DNA of 64,000 nucleotides. Source: an uncultured Planctomycetaceae bacterium. Lineage in GTDB: Bacteria > Planctomycetota > Planctomycetia > Isosphaerales > Isosphaeraceae. The notes below the pieces were generated by a model. That model was not told where the DNA came from and ran no database searches. It saw only the letters and a list, made by a program, of their open reading frames with translations. Made by a program: the position numbers and the translations under genes. Position 1 is the stretch's first letter; the number at the start of each line of letters is the position of its first letter. The stretch spans positions 1,088,001 to 1,152,000 of the forward strand of contig CAWIAD010000001.1 in NCBI GenBank assembly GCA_963833985.1, read 5' to 3'. Of the stretch, positions 11,879 through 21,842 are shown piece by piece.

Positions 11879-12169
11879 TCTATGGTTCCTCGGGTTGGAG
11901 GGCATCCATGACATTCATTCGATGCCCACCTGAACGATTAATCTCAATTTATCAATATATCAGGAAGATTTTTAGAGTGCAATGAGTTGCCCTGCCTTGT
12001 CTGCAGAATTGCTGTCCACGTGTCAGTGGGCGACGAACATCAGGCACCGGTGGCCGCGCGAAAAACGACGAGGAACCGCATCCATCGGTCAGGAAGGTCA
12101 GATCAAGCGGGCGATTCTTGGCATTCCGAGATTTTTGCCCGGTTACTCATTTCATTTTGTATGCAGTAT

Positions 12170-12178
12170 TGTTATACT
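12170..12178 (+). promoter_or_regulatory. Candidate extended -10 promoter for the RRM gene
   Basis: TGTTATACT in an AT-rich stretch about 165 nt upstream of the RRM start. Confidence 0.45.
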
Positions 12179-12343
12179 TCAATAGGTTGGTCTGACGACT
12201 GAGTGGACACCTTCGGTTCTCATCGAATCGCTCTTTGCTTCCCCCTCTCGCCTTTCCCACCTTCAGGGCTCCATTGCGTGCCCCTTTCTTCTCGACCCCG
12301 AAAGCATTCATGGGGTCGAAAACCTTGCCACAAGGAGAATCTC

Positions 12344-12684
12344 GTGGGAAAGAAATTGTATGTTGGGAACTTGACCTATTCCGCCACTTCCTCCGATCTA
12401 CAAGGGTGGTTCACTCCGTTTGGCACCGTGCAGAGCACCAGGTCATCTCAGATCGAGACACGGGTCACAGCAAGGGGTTCGGCTTCGTCGAGATGGACAC
12501 CGACGCCCAAGCTCAAGCGGCGATCCAGGGGCTCCATGATCAGGATCACGAGGGGCGTCGTCTCACGGTGGACGAAGCGAAGCCACGAGTAGCCCGAACC
12601 AGAGGCTTCGCTGGCGGTCGCCTTGACGGGAGTGCCCGTACTGGTGGTGATGGTTATGGAGGCGGTGACGGTCGGAGTTATTGA
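12344..12684 (+). CDS. RRM RNA-binding protein with Gly-rich tail (frameshift near 12440)
   Basis: KKLYVGNL (RNP2), DRDTGHSKGFGFVEM (RNP1) and GRRLTVDEAKPR; AAGGAG SD. Confidence 0.92.
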
Positions 12685-12963
12685 TCGTCCACCATCTCGT
12701 TGGGTTTCGAGGGGATCAATCGTGCGGTCCCTCGATCCCTCCGATACTGCCGATGATTCGGGACTCTCGGTTGGCTCACCGTCTTTGTGGTCTCTCGCCT
12801 GCCGACCATGAGGATGGGAGGAATCCGAATCAATCATCCTGACTGGCCAGGAGCAGGCGGAATGAGTCCCGTGCTATCCCGCCGTCCACTCCTGCTGAAG
12901 TCACCTTCCGGGAACCATCAACAGGCAGTTGATTGAAACACCATTCATGGTCCGGAGTCTCAA

Positions 12964-13302
12964 GTGAACAGTTACCCTGCCAGCGAACAAAAGATAAGGG
13001 ATGTTGAGAGAGGTCGGATCTGCAACGCAATTCTCCCGATGCCTCGTGCAAGAACGCTTTCTGCTGGCGATTCCATCCACTTCGACCTCGCTTACTCACA
13101 GGCTGGCCAAGAGCCCTCTTACGTCAAGTGTGGGGATTCGGTGTGTGTCTCGCTCACCGAGGTCACTGACCTGGTAGCAACTGATCCCGTCTCCGGGGAA
13201 GCCCTCTTTCGAGTCTCCTGGAAACCACTCGGTCAAAGCGATTCTCCCAGCAATATCATCAAGCGTGTCGTGAAGTCCCGTGGCTTTTTTGCGAGGGGCT
13301 AG
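12964..13302 (+). CDS. Hypothetical protein, possibly ASCH/PUA-like
   Basis: 112-aa ORF with a GGAG SD; pattern ERG....LSAGDSIHF...VCVSLTEVTD. Confidence 0.5.
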   Translation: MNSYPASEQKIRDVERGRICNAILPMPRARTLSAGDSIHFDLAYSQAGQEPSYVKCGDSVCVSLTEVTDLVATDPVSGEALFRVSWKPLGQSDSPSNIIKRVVKSRGFFARG

Positions 13303-13447
13303 CAGGGCGCGCTGGTCGGGATTCGACAGAGCAGCCACAAAAGCCCTTTGTCTTTGATGTCTGCTGCACGAACCTGGTGAAGAGCAGGACCGTCTGGGCT
13401 CCATCATCGAAGCTCCCGCCAGCTTGATCACATACCAAGAGGCTCTG

Positions 13448-13624
13448 ATGTTTCCCAAGTACCGCCACACGCCGATCTTTGATTCCGAAAGGAAACGCTG
13501 TTCCGTCTGCCGTCAAGCCGTTTATTCGCTGGCGGGCATTCATCCTCAATGTGCGATCAATCGAGCAGTTGCCCAGGAATCAAAGAGCAAGAGGGAGGCA
13601 GCAGCCAGGGCCAGCGCACACTAA
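13448..13624 (+). CDS. Small CxxC...HPQC putative zinc-binding protein
   Basis: RCSVCRQAVYSLAGIHPQC; GAGG SD. Confidence 0.6.
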   Translation: MFPKYRHTPIFDSERKRCSVCRQAVYSLAGIHPQCAINRAVAQESKSKREAAARASAH

Positions 13625-14078
13625 AGCGACATGATCGAAGCAGATACGTTGGACGTCCGTCATCGAAAACTCTCCGCGGAAATAGAGTCTGGAATCACGG
13701 AGAGGCAGATACACCAATCAATGGCTGATCGCGCAAGCGTTATATTCTCCCAGAATTGCCTGGAGGGCTCAGGCCCTGCTTGAAGGGGGGATGTTTCTTC
13801 CTTTCGCCGTCTGGGCAGCACGGGCCGGAACCTCATGACTCACACCTCATGATCCCGGGTTGCACGGGTCCACTTCGCCCGGAGGCTGGCGGTGTGCTTC
13901 CTGTGCCCTTGCCCGCGGACCGGCCACCCCTTATAACCGGATGTCCTCGGCGACGCCGCTGGCGCCAAGGGCGCCGTCAACCTCGGTCTGGGCGGATCAA
14001 GTTACTGAAGAGCCGGCAAATCGAACGAAGCGCATCTCTCGCTTCGGAACACTCCAGGGAGTCTGCGACAACGTCACC

Positions 14079-15301
14079 ATGAGCTTGAGAGTCTTCCACA
14101 CAGCGGGTCTGGGCCGAATCATCGAGGCACACGAGTACTGGAAGCGGCACGAGCATTTCCCCAGCGAGGTGACGATCACCTTTTCCAGCCAGTTCGAGCA
14201 GTTCTGCCAGGACCTGGGTGCCGCGGCTTATATCGTCGGCTACCATTCAGAGAAGCGCATCCTCAGGGATGGCGAGTTCACGATCGAGCAGCGTCCCAAG
14301 CCGTTTCGGGGAGCCGGCGGGGGGTTGTACCACCTCGGCGAGGTGCTCTACGGGCTGGGCCTGCTGGTGACGGCCCTGCGATTTGGGGCCAACCTGGCGG
14401 TGATCGACTCGGGAACCACCCACTATTTCGTGACTGCACTGTTCCGGCTCTTCGGCATTCCCGTGGTGCCGGTCCTGCACAACACGATCTGGCCGCACGG
14501 GTTCCCTCCCCGCCGCCGCATTTCGCGGCTCATCTGCCGCCTTGACGCCTGGTTCTACCGGCACGCCGCTTCGGCAGTGATTGGCGTTTCCCCGGAATGC
14601 GTCCGCCAGGTGGAGCAACTGGCGGGCAAGCGGCATCCCCCGCTGTACCAGATCCGCGCCCAGTTCCGTCCCGAATACTTCGCGCAGATCCTGCCCCCGC
14701 CGCCCTTTGAGGAGCGCCCGTTCCGGATGATGTTCCTGGGGCGGGTGAACCGGGACAAGGGGGTCTTCGACATCCTGGAAATGGCCAGGAAGATCGAGGC
14801 CACCGCCCCAGGTCAGGTGCGCTGGGAGATCTGCGGATCGGGCCCGGACCTGGACGAGATGCAACGTCGGCGGGCGGCGATGGGGCTGGAGTCCATCGTC
14901 ACGCTGCACGGCTGGACCTCGCTGGAGGACCTGATCAAGATTTATGCCCGGAGTCATGCCTCGATTGTTCCCACCCGCAGCAGCTTCATTGCCGGGCTGG
15001 AAATGACGGCGGCCGAGGCCATCCTGGCGGGCCGCCCGCTGGTCACCAACCCCGTGGTCCCGGCCCTGGAGGTGCTTCGACCCGCGTGCGCCGAGGCCCG
15101 GACCAACGATGTGGACAGCCACGTCGAGGCCGTTTTAAGCCTGCTTTCCAGCCGCGAGCACTACGAAACGCTGCGCGAGCCTGCCCGGCGCTGGCCCGCC
15201 CGTTCTACGACCGCGAGCAGGGACTGACCGCCGTCCTGAAACGCGTCGCCGAGCAGATCCATGGAGCAGACGCACGCGGTCTACCGCAATCTTCCTCGTG
15301 A
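14079..15301 (+). CDS. Glycosyltransferase family 4 (frameshift near 15180)
   Basis: FLGRVNRDKG, ICGSGPD, and GLEMTAAEAILAGRPLVT. Confidence 0.85.
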
Positions 15302-15371
15302 GCCGCGGCTCGATTACGATGTGGTTGATGGTGGAGAATCGTCACGGCGGCAGGCGCGGTCCTCGATCTCC

Positions 15372-16262
15372 ATGGACTTCAGGACGGCTATGATGGTTCC
15401 TTCACAGGAACAGATCGAACGAGCGGCCTACGAGCGCTGGGAGCGCCGGGGCCGGTTTCACGGATCGGACCGCGACGACTGGATCGCAGCCGAGATGGAT
15501 ACCCTGTTCGATCTCAATTATCAGCCCATCGTCGAGTTCGCGCTGAACGAGCAGGTCGAGCGCATCATCGGCGACGTTCGCCGCCCGCATTGCCGGTTCT
15601 GCGAGCAGTCTCCGCCCCGCGCGGCATTCTCCTTCCTCCGCCCCGTGGTCCCCCAGGAGATCGGCAACAGCTCCCTCTTCACGCGCGAGCTTTGCGATGA
15701 GTGTGCCACGCACTTCGCCGACACGACCGACACGGAGCTTCTGCGGTTCTGGGAGGCACTCGATCCGCTCCGTAGCGGGCAGGGTTCGTTCCGCGAATTG
15801 CGGCTCCCGACGGCCATTCCGGTCGCGGCTTACAAGGCGCTCGTGCGCATGGCGCTCTCGATCATGCCGGAACAGCACGTGGGACACTTCACCGACACCA
15901 TCGAATGGGTGAGCAACCCAGACCACGACTTCGATCGCAGTCTGTTCGACAACTCGGGCTCTCTGGTCTACCAGGCCCATGTCCCCTACCAGCATTCCTG
16001 GGTCGGCCTGAGCTGCCGCGCACAGGCGGACGCCCCGTTTCCTTTCATGCTTTTTTTCCTGGGTGTGCAACGGCTGGTGCTCCAGACACATCTGCCACTC
16101 TGCACACTCGACGACGATCTGGACGGCGAGCCGATGCGCTTGCCCCAGCGGTCGTTCTCCACCGGCAGCGGGGCCGATCTGAAGATCAGCACCGCGCTGG
16201 TTATGCCGCTGAAATCGGCCGTCGATCCCTCTCACACGCGAAGGTTCCGGCTCTTCTGGTGA
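15372..16262 (+). CDS. DUF2934 domain fused to a degenerate HNH-like zinc domain
   Basis: IERAAYERWERRG..G.DRDDWIAAE, then CRFC..VVPQEIGN..ELCDEC. Confidence 0.7.
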   Translation: MDFRTAMMVPSQEQIERAAYERWERRGRFHGSDRDDWIAAEMDTLFDLNYQPIVEFALNEQVERIIGDVRRPHCRFCEQSPPRAAFSFLRPVVPQEIGNSSLFTRELCDECATHFADTTDTELLRFWEALDPLRSGQGSFRELRLPTAIPVAAYKALVRMALSIMPEQHVGHFTDTIEWVSNPDHDFDRSLFDNSGSLVYQAHVPYQHSWVGLSCRAQADAPFPFMLFFLGVQRLVLQTHLPLCTLDDDLDGEPMRLPQRSFSTGSGADLKISTALVMPLKSAVDPSHTRRFRLFW

Positions 16263-16298
16263 GAGCAAAGTCCGTGGGGTCCGGTGAAAGCGACCGGA

Positions 16299-17918
16299 TC
16301 ATGGCTTCGCCGTCGTGCTGCAAGCCTCGGGGTGGACCAGCAGCTCCAGGGCGTTTTCAAGCCAGGCGCGGACCGGGGTGGATGGCAGCCGCACCAGGAG
16401 CAGAGCAATATCCTCGCTGGACAGCCGGGTCTCGAACTGGCGGCTGAGCGGCGAGGCCAGCAGGCGCTGCGGCCACTCGCCGATCAGCCTGCGGAGGAAG
16501 AGAGCGGGGAGCAACTGGTCCACCCGTACGTCCGACGACACGTCGGTCAGAACGCCGTCCAGGGTCAACAGGCTCTTCCTGAAGAGGATCAGGTCGCCGC
16601 TGGTGCGCAGCCGCGCTCGCAGGACGGCGTCATCAAGCATGCCCATGAGCCAGGAGAACCCCGGGAAGGTGCCTTTGCGGACCTCTCTCAGCCAGTCCGC
16701 GATCACGAGGTTGAGTGCCTCATGGTCCAGCTGGCTCTGCCGATCTGCGGCCAGATCGAGCAGCCCCTGGCGCACCTGGCCAGAGTTCAGGCTGAGGCCG
16801 CCCAGGATCAGTTGCGTCATCGCCACCCGTTCGCTCTCGCCGAGATTTCCGGTCAGGCTCCAGTCCAGGATCGCCAGCCGCCCTTCGGGCGTTGCGAACA
16901 GGTTGCCGGCATGAGGATCGGCATGAAACGTTGCCCGGGGCGCCGGCGACCAGATCGGCCCCGCGATCAAAGCCTCGACGATCAGCTCGGCAAGGCGCCT
17001 GCGATCCCAGCGGTCAAGCTCGCCGGGCTCGGTCACTTTCTGGCCGTCGATCCGCTCCATCGCCGTGACACGGCTGGTGCAGAAAGGGTACAGCCGCGGT
17101 ATGCACACCTCCGGCTCACTGGCATAGTTGAGCGCGGCCTGCTCCAGGTTTCGCTGCTCCTCGCGGAGCTGAATCTCGGTCGCCAGCTTCTCCCGGACCT
17201 GGTCGAACACGTCCCGGTACGCGAGTTCGGGAATGCCGAAGGCATGGCAGCGGTCGTCCAGCAGGCAGCCGACCTCGCGGAGGATCTCCAGCTCCAGGTG
17301 CAGCCGCTCCTCGATGCCGGGCTTGAGAAGCTTGAACACGCCACGCCGCGGAAGGTCGTGCCGGCAACCGCCGTCGTACCGGCTATGGTCGTTGTACTGG
17401 AACGGCACCACGACAGCCACGCTGGCCTCTGCCAGCGCGGCTGGCTCGAGCACGATGCCCAGGCGATCGAGCGGGCCGAGCTCGCTGTCCAGCACCTGCT
17501 GGATGATCGCCATCGGGGTGACGGCCGGCAGCGACTCGAGCCGTTGCAGGTGATGTCTCAGCTCCGGGGCCAGGCGCCGGTCGCGGGCGAGGATCTGCCC
17601 CAGCTTGTGCAGCGCGGGGCAGCGCTCGGCGAGCGCGACGAGCCGTTGCTCGGCCGATGCGCCCACCGGCAATGCGGCCTGGTCGGCAAGAATCTGGGCG
17701 ACATCCGGCGCGGGCAGACGGCTCAGGAACAGGCGGAGACCTGCAACGATGGGCTTGCGATAGCCCGCGTAGGAGGCAGGCAAGAGCGCCGCGATGACGG
17801 CATCGCCGATCAGCCATTCCCAGTCGAGCATCTCCGGTCTCGCAATCTGTCGAACCCGGCACCTCGGGCACGGAACGGGCCCTGGTTGAGGCCGAGGGGT
17901 AACCCGGCGATCGCTCAC
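16299..17918 (-). CDS. ABC1/UbiB/AarF family atypical kinase
   Basis: HKLGQILA, LAEASVAVV, MERIDG, FHADPHAGN and ILDWSL motifs. Confidence 0.88.
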   Translation of the reverse strand: MSDRRVTPRPQPGPVPCPRCRVRQIARPEMLDWEWLIGDAVIAALLPASYAGYRKPIVAGLRLFLSRLPAPDVAQILADQAALPVGASAEQRLVALAERCPALHKLGQILARDRRLAPELRHHLQRLESLPAVTPMAIIQQVLDSELGPLDRLGIVLEPAALAEASVAVVVPFQYNDHSRYDGGCRHDLPRRGVFKLLKPGIEERLHLELEILREVGCLLDDRCHAFGIPELAYRDVFDQVREKLATEIQLREEQRNLEQAALNYASEPEVCIPRLYPFCTSRVTAMERIDGQKVTEPGELDRWDRRRLAELIVEALIAGPIWSPAPRATFHADPHAGNLFATPEGRLAILDWSLTGNLGESERVAMTQLILGGLSLNSGQVRQGLLDLAADRQSQLDHEALNLVIADWLREVRKGTFPGFSWLMGMLDDAVLRARLRTSGDLILFRKSLLTLDGVLTDVSSDVRVDQLLPALFLRRLIGEWPQRLLASPLSRQFETRLSSEDIALLLVRLPSTPVRAWLENALELLVHPEACSTTAKP

Positions 17919-18283
17919 GACTTCAAGCGAATGATCGAGAAAAAGGCCCCATCGGGATCCTGCACAACGGCGAAGCGTCCCACGGAGATGTCTGTCGGCG
18001 GCACACAGACCTTGCCACCGTGCTCGGTGATCTTCGCTGCACCGGCGTCACAATCATCGACGGCGATATAGGGCATCCAGTGCGGCTTCGTGCCTCCCCA
18101 CTCCGCGGTCATCTGGAGCATTCCCGCCACCTGCGTCTCGCCCTTCTTGAAAATCGTGTAGATCATCCCCCCCGCCTCCTGGTCTTGCGCGGCCCAGCCG
18201 AAGACGGCACCGTAAAACTCCTTGCATGCCGCAGCGTTCTTTGCGTTCAGCTCGTTCCAGCAGAAGGTGTTGAGATCGACCAT
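17915..18283 (-). CDS. VOC/glyoxalase family protein
   Basis: FCWNEL..FYGAVFGW..HWMPYIAVDD..GRFAVVQDPDGAFF. Confidence 0.9.
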   Translation of the reverse strand: MVDLNTFCWNELNAKNAAACKEFYGAVFGWAAQDQEAGGMIYTIFKKGETQVAGMLQMTAEWGGTKPHWMPYIAVDDCDAGAAKITEHGGKVCVPPTDISVGRFAVVQDPDGAFFSIIRLKS

Positions 18284-18622
18284 TGTGAGACTCTCCGTTT
18301 TCTGGCCTGGTACGGGAGGTGCAGCAGGGTTTCGCGGCGTTTGTCGGGCAGATCGACAAGAGCGCTCCATGACGCGCTTCCCCAGGGCGACGCGCTGCAA
18401 AGCGGCAAGGGGGAAACCTGATCCTACATGAGGCCAGCGGTGCCTGCCAGCGGCTGGGTCAGTGTGTTTCGAACGACGCCTGAGCGCACTATTCTCACTC
18501 ACAAGTTGCCCTGCCTCTGGACACAGGAGGTTTGCGAAACAATCCTGATGGATGAAGCGGGCGAAGAGCGATGGTAATTGATGAATCGGGTTGCGGTCGT
18601 CCAGAGCGATGAAGGGAGGGCC

Positions 18623-19180
18623 ATGAGAGTCAACGCGGCCGGATCCACGCTCCGAGTCAGACGCACGGCCTCGGGCGTCCTCGTCCAGGTGGAGGGTCAC
18701 GGTACACTGGGCCAGAGCCCTTCCCTCCATGAATTCGCGGTCCAGTGGCTTGAGGCTCAGTTCAGGACCGGCACTGTCGTCGTCGACCTGTCCGAGTGCG
18801 ACTATCTGGACAGCACGTTCCTGGGTTGCCTGGCGGGCCTGCACCGCAAGTATAACCGGACGGTGCCTCACTGTTTTATCGTGGCGGCGCCGAACGACAA
18901 GAGCCGGAAGCTTCTGGCCCCGACTCATCTCAACGAAGTGCTGGATGTGACCGACGTCTGTCCGGCGCCGATTGGCGAGAGCTTCGTACTGACTGGCCCG
19001 ATGCTCTCCACTGTCGACCGGGGCCGGCATGTCATGGAGTGTCATCGCCTGATGGCGGAGCTGGGGGGATCCCAGGCGGCCTCCTTCCGATCGGTCGCCG
19101 ATGGGCTGGCCCGCGAGCTCGGCGTGGCTCCGATGGAAGCCGTCCCGTTGACGGACAAGCTCGAAGACCACCAGGGCTGA
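18623..19180 (+). CDS. STAS domain protein (anti-sigma factor antagonist)
   Basis: VVVDLSECDYLDSTFLGCL with the phospho-acceptor Ser. Confidence 0.88.
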   Translation: MRVNAAGSTLRVRRTASGVLVQVEGHGTLGQSPSLHEFAVQWLEAQFRTGTVVVDLSECDYLDSTFLGCLAGLHRKYNRTVPHCFIVAAPNDKSRKLLAPTHLNEVLDVTDVCPAPIGESFVLTGPMLSTVDRGRHVMECHRLMAELGGSQAASFRSVADGLARELGVAPMEAVPLTDKLEDHQG

Positions 19181-19481
19181 GCAGTCGTCGGTCCAGGGAA
19201 CGTGCCCTGCTCGAGTCATTCCGGTCGCCGTCTGGCGGCCTTTCGTCAGTCTCGTTTCAATACCAGTCCAACACGCGTCACACGCGGAGGGTGTTCCAGC
19301 GGCTGGGCGTGCCCGCGCCGTTTTCCATGTCGAAGCGCACCTCACGGGCGTGGCGGTTCACGAGCGGCCAGCGCCCGGGCAGAGTGTCGAGGCATGCCAG
19401 CGGATCGCAGGGTCGGAATCAAGCCGTCAGGAGCACTGCGCGCGGGTGTGTCGATCATGGCCGTGGAATGCGGCGTGCCCG

Positions 19482-19904
19482 TCAGCGGCGGCTTGCCTTC
19501 GCGGCAGCCTTGAACTCGTCCGGAGTCATCTTCTTGACCGTCGTGCAGTCCTGCATCAGAACATTGCCACCCTCCTCGGGCACCGACTTCGTGTAAGCCA
19601 GGATTGTGTTTTCAGATTCCCCCTCGGCGGAGACCGGGGCGCCCCACTGTACGATGAGATCGCCCGACTTGATCATCTCCACGGCGATGGGATAATTCTG
19701 CCCCTTGATGCCGAGTTCCTTGAGGTCATGTGGTCCCCGTTTCTTCTTCCTGGCAAAGTAGCCGTAGACCTGGCCCAGCTCCCTGAGCCCCCGCTCGTCG
19801 TTCGCGATCGGATGGGCTTCTGGTGTGGTTCCGCATCCCGCCAGAAAGAGGCCCAGTGAGCCAGTAAGCATCGCACGCCGTGTCAACGATGGTCGTGGAG
19901 GCAT
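19482..19904 (-). CDS. Planctomycete lipoprotein of unknown function
   Basis: TRRAML twin-Arg-like signal and LAGC lipobox; C-terminal GGNVLMQD..VKKMTPDEF. Confidence 0.7.
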   Translation of the reverse strand: MPPRPSLTRRAMLTGSLGLFLAGCGTTPEAHPIANDERGLRELGQVYGYFARKKKRGPHDLKELGIKGQNYPIAVEMIKSGDLIVQWGAPVSAEGESENTILAYTKSVPEEGGNVLMQDCTTVKKMTPDEFKAAAKASRR

Positions 19905-20268
19905 CTCGACCTCATTACTGGGTATCATGTTCTCATAAAGGAGCGGCATCTCGACCGATCGAAACGGAGCGTGCCGTCCAGGCCGCGCAGAATCCGCCAG
20001 GGCCAGATGAGCCCCAGCGTGGTCACGAAGACGATGCCGAAGAATTCCACAAATCCCGGAGGATGCAGGAACAGACCACGGGGGCGCCACGGTCGCAGGT
20101 GGGCCAGCCGAGCCAGATGGCGCCCTCATCGAGCGAATGTATGGGGGCAGGCCTGGGAGAAAGCCCTGCGTCAGGATCTCCCCGGGTCGCCAGCCAGCCG
20201 AGCTGGCTCAGCGCAGCAGGCCGACGGGAACCTTGGGATGACGGGTCCATCGGCACGCGCCCATGGGC

Positions 20269-20739
20269 TTACTTGCTTGGCTCCTCGGCCTTGGCCGAAC
20301 CTTCGCCGATCGCCTTGGCCATTGCGCGACAAGCCGCCTCGCATGCGTTGCACGCGGCGGCACATTCTTTCATCTGCGGATCCTCGTGCTTGGAGCACTC
20401 GGCCGCGCACGTCTTGCACGCGTCGGCGTTGGCCAGGCATGCGATCGACATCAGTGGGCTCTCGCGGGCCATGAGCTCTGAGGTCAGGCCGCAGAATTCC
20501 TGGCAGTCGATCGCCAGAACCGCGATCACGTGGTGATCGGCGTGGCCGTCCTTGACCTTCTCGAAGCAGTGATGGAAGGTCTCGTTGCAGATCGTGGCGC
20601 ATGCGGCGCACGCCTTCAGACATTCGCCGTGGTATATGTCGTGGTGGTGAGGATGCTGGGCACGGGCTTCACGCCCCGACGCGGCGATCAGGCCGACGGC
20701 TCCCGCCCCGATGACGCCCAACAAATCGCGACGATCCAT
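20269..20739 (-). CDS. Tat-exported four-helix-bundle copper storage protein (Csp1/Csp2-like)
   Basis: MDRRDLL Tat signal, His-rich N-terminus, 15 Cys in CxxxCxxC arrays; AAGGAG SD. Confidence 0.88.
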   Translation of the reverse strand: MDRRDLLGVIGAGAVGLIAASGREARAQHPHHHDIYHGECLKACAACATICNETFHHCFEKVKDGHADHHVIAVLAIDCQEFCGLTSELMARESPLMSIACLANADACKTCAAECSKHEDPQMKECAAACNACEAACRAMAKAIGEGSAKAEEPSK

Positions 20740-21084
20740 GGTCTGCTCCTTCGTGTGAGGTGGATTCAACAGGTCGTAACGGGAAAACAGAGTTGCGCTC
20801 AAAGCATCCCCACCAAGCGACACCTGGGAAGCTCGCGCAGCTCGACGTTGAAGCGGTCTGCCCACGTGCCGCTCGAGGGCACAGGGTGCAGGCACCGCAC
20901 AGAACCCGAGTGCGGACACATGACCGGCCATACCGCGTCCTGTCGACGCAGTGGCCGGGTTGGGCGGCGGGATGGTCCCGTCCCACGCGCCTGGCTTTCA
21001 CTTCCCGAGGCGTTGCGAGTGACTCACCGGGAACGGTGCGAACTCAGTCGCTCGGGGCGCTCTTGCGGGCGGGTGGTGGCAACC

Positions 21085-21429
21085 TCAGGCAAGGGGTGGG
21101 GCGCGGGGGAAGGAGGGACGCTCGACGTCCGCAGGAAAGGCGAGAGTTGAAACTGTTGTAGGACGAATGCGGACCACATCGATGCAGCAGCAAGCAGCGG
21201 GATCAGCGATGAGCTGTCCTTGAGCGTGGAAGTGGCAGATCGGGCAGTTGTCGGTCGCGGCGTTTTCCTGGTCGGCGCCAGCGGGCGCCTTGCCAGCGTC
21301 CGTACTCAGCGCAGACGAGCAATGGCTGAAGCCGGGCAGCGCGTGCAGCGCCGGGCCTACCAGGGTCATGACACCATAGAGGCTCAAGATCGTGGCCAGC
21401 AGGAGCTGATTCGCGCGGTGACGGATCAA
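21085..21429 (-). CDS. DUF2946-family protein (CxxC plus C-terminal RAPP)
   Basis: Hydrophobic N-terminus, NCPICHF, ends FPRAPPLA. Confidence 0.75.
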   Translation of the reverse strand: MIRHRANQLLLATILSLYGVMTLVGPALHALPGFSHCSSALSTDAGKAPAGADQENAATDNCPICHFHAQGQLIADPAACCCIDVVRIRPTTVSTLAFPADVERPSFPRAPPLA

Positions 21430-21842
21430 GGTCCGGGAGCCTCGAATTGACGGCGGCGAGTCAGGTACGAAACATCACGCCGAAGACGCCTGACAGGGAG
21501 CTCAGGCTCGATCACAGGTACTTTGGGCAGATTTCCTGCACCCTGTCAACCGGCGACCGTCGTGGGTGTTGAATTGTCATGGATCACGCTGAGATGGAGA
21601 AGCCGGGGGTCAGGGGGGAGTAAGCGGGCACCGACGGCCAGGGCTGGCAGCATTTCGAGGCCCTTCACCGTGACCGGGCGGGATGGCAACCGAGCCATAG
21701 GTTTGGCCGCTTCGTCTTTAACGTTCGTCGCGCCGGCCGTCCTCTGGTCGGACATCCGGTTCAGGCGGTGCGTGCGGCCCGCATGGCCAGCAGGCGCGGG
21801 CCACTCTCATGATAGGGCCGAGACTTCTGGGCCCGTCCTTGC

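Noticed and set aside
16284..18071. Long antisense ORFs (also 31065-32939, 35347-37806, 48430-50019)
   Set aside because: Shadow frames opposite well-supported genes, expected in high-GC DNA; no recognisable motifs.
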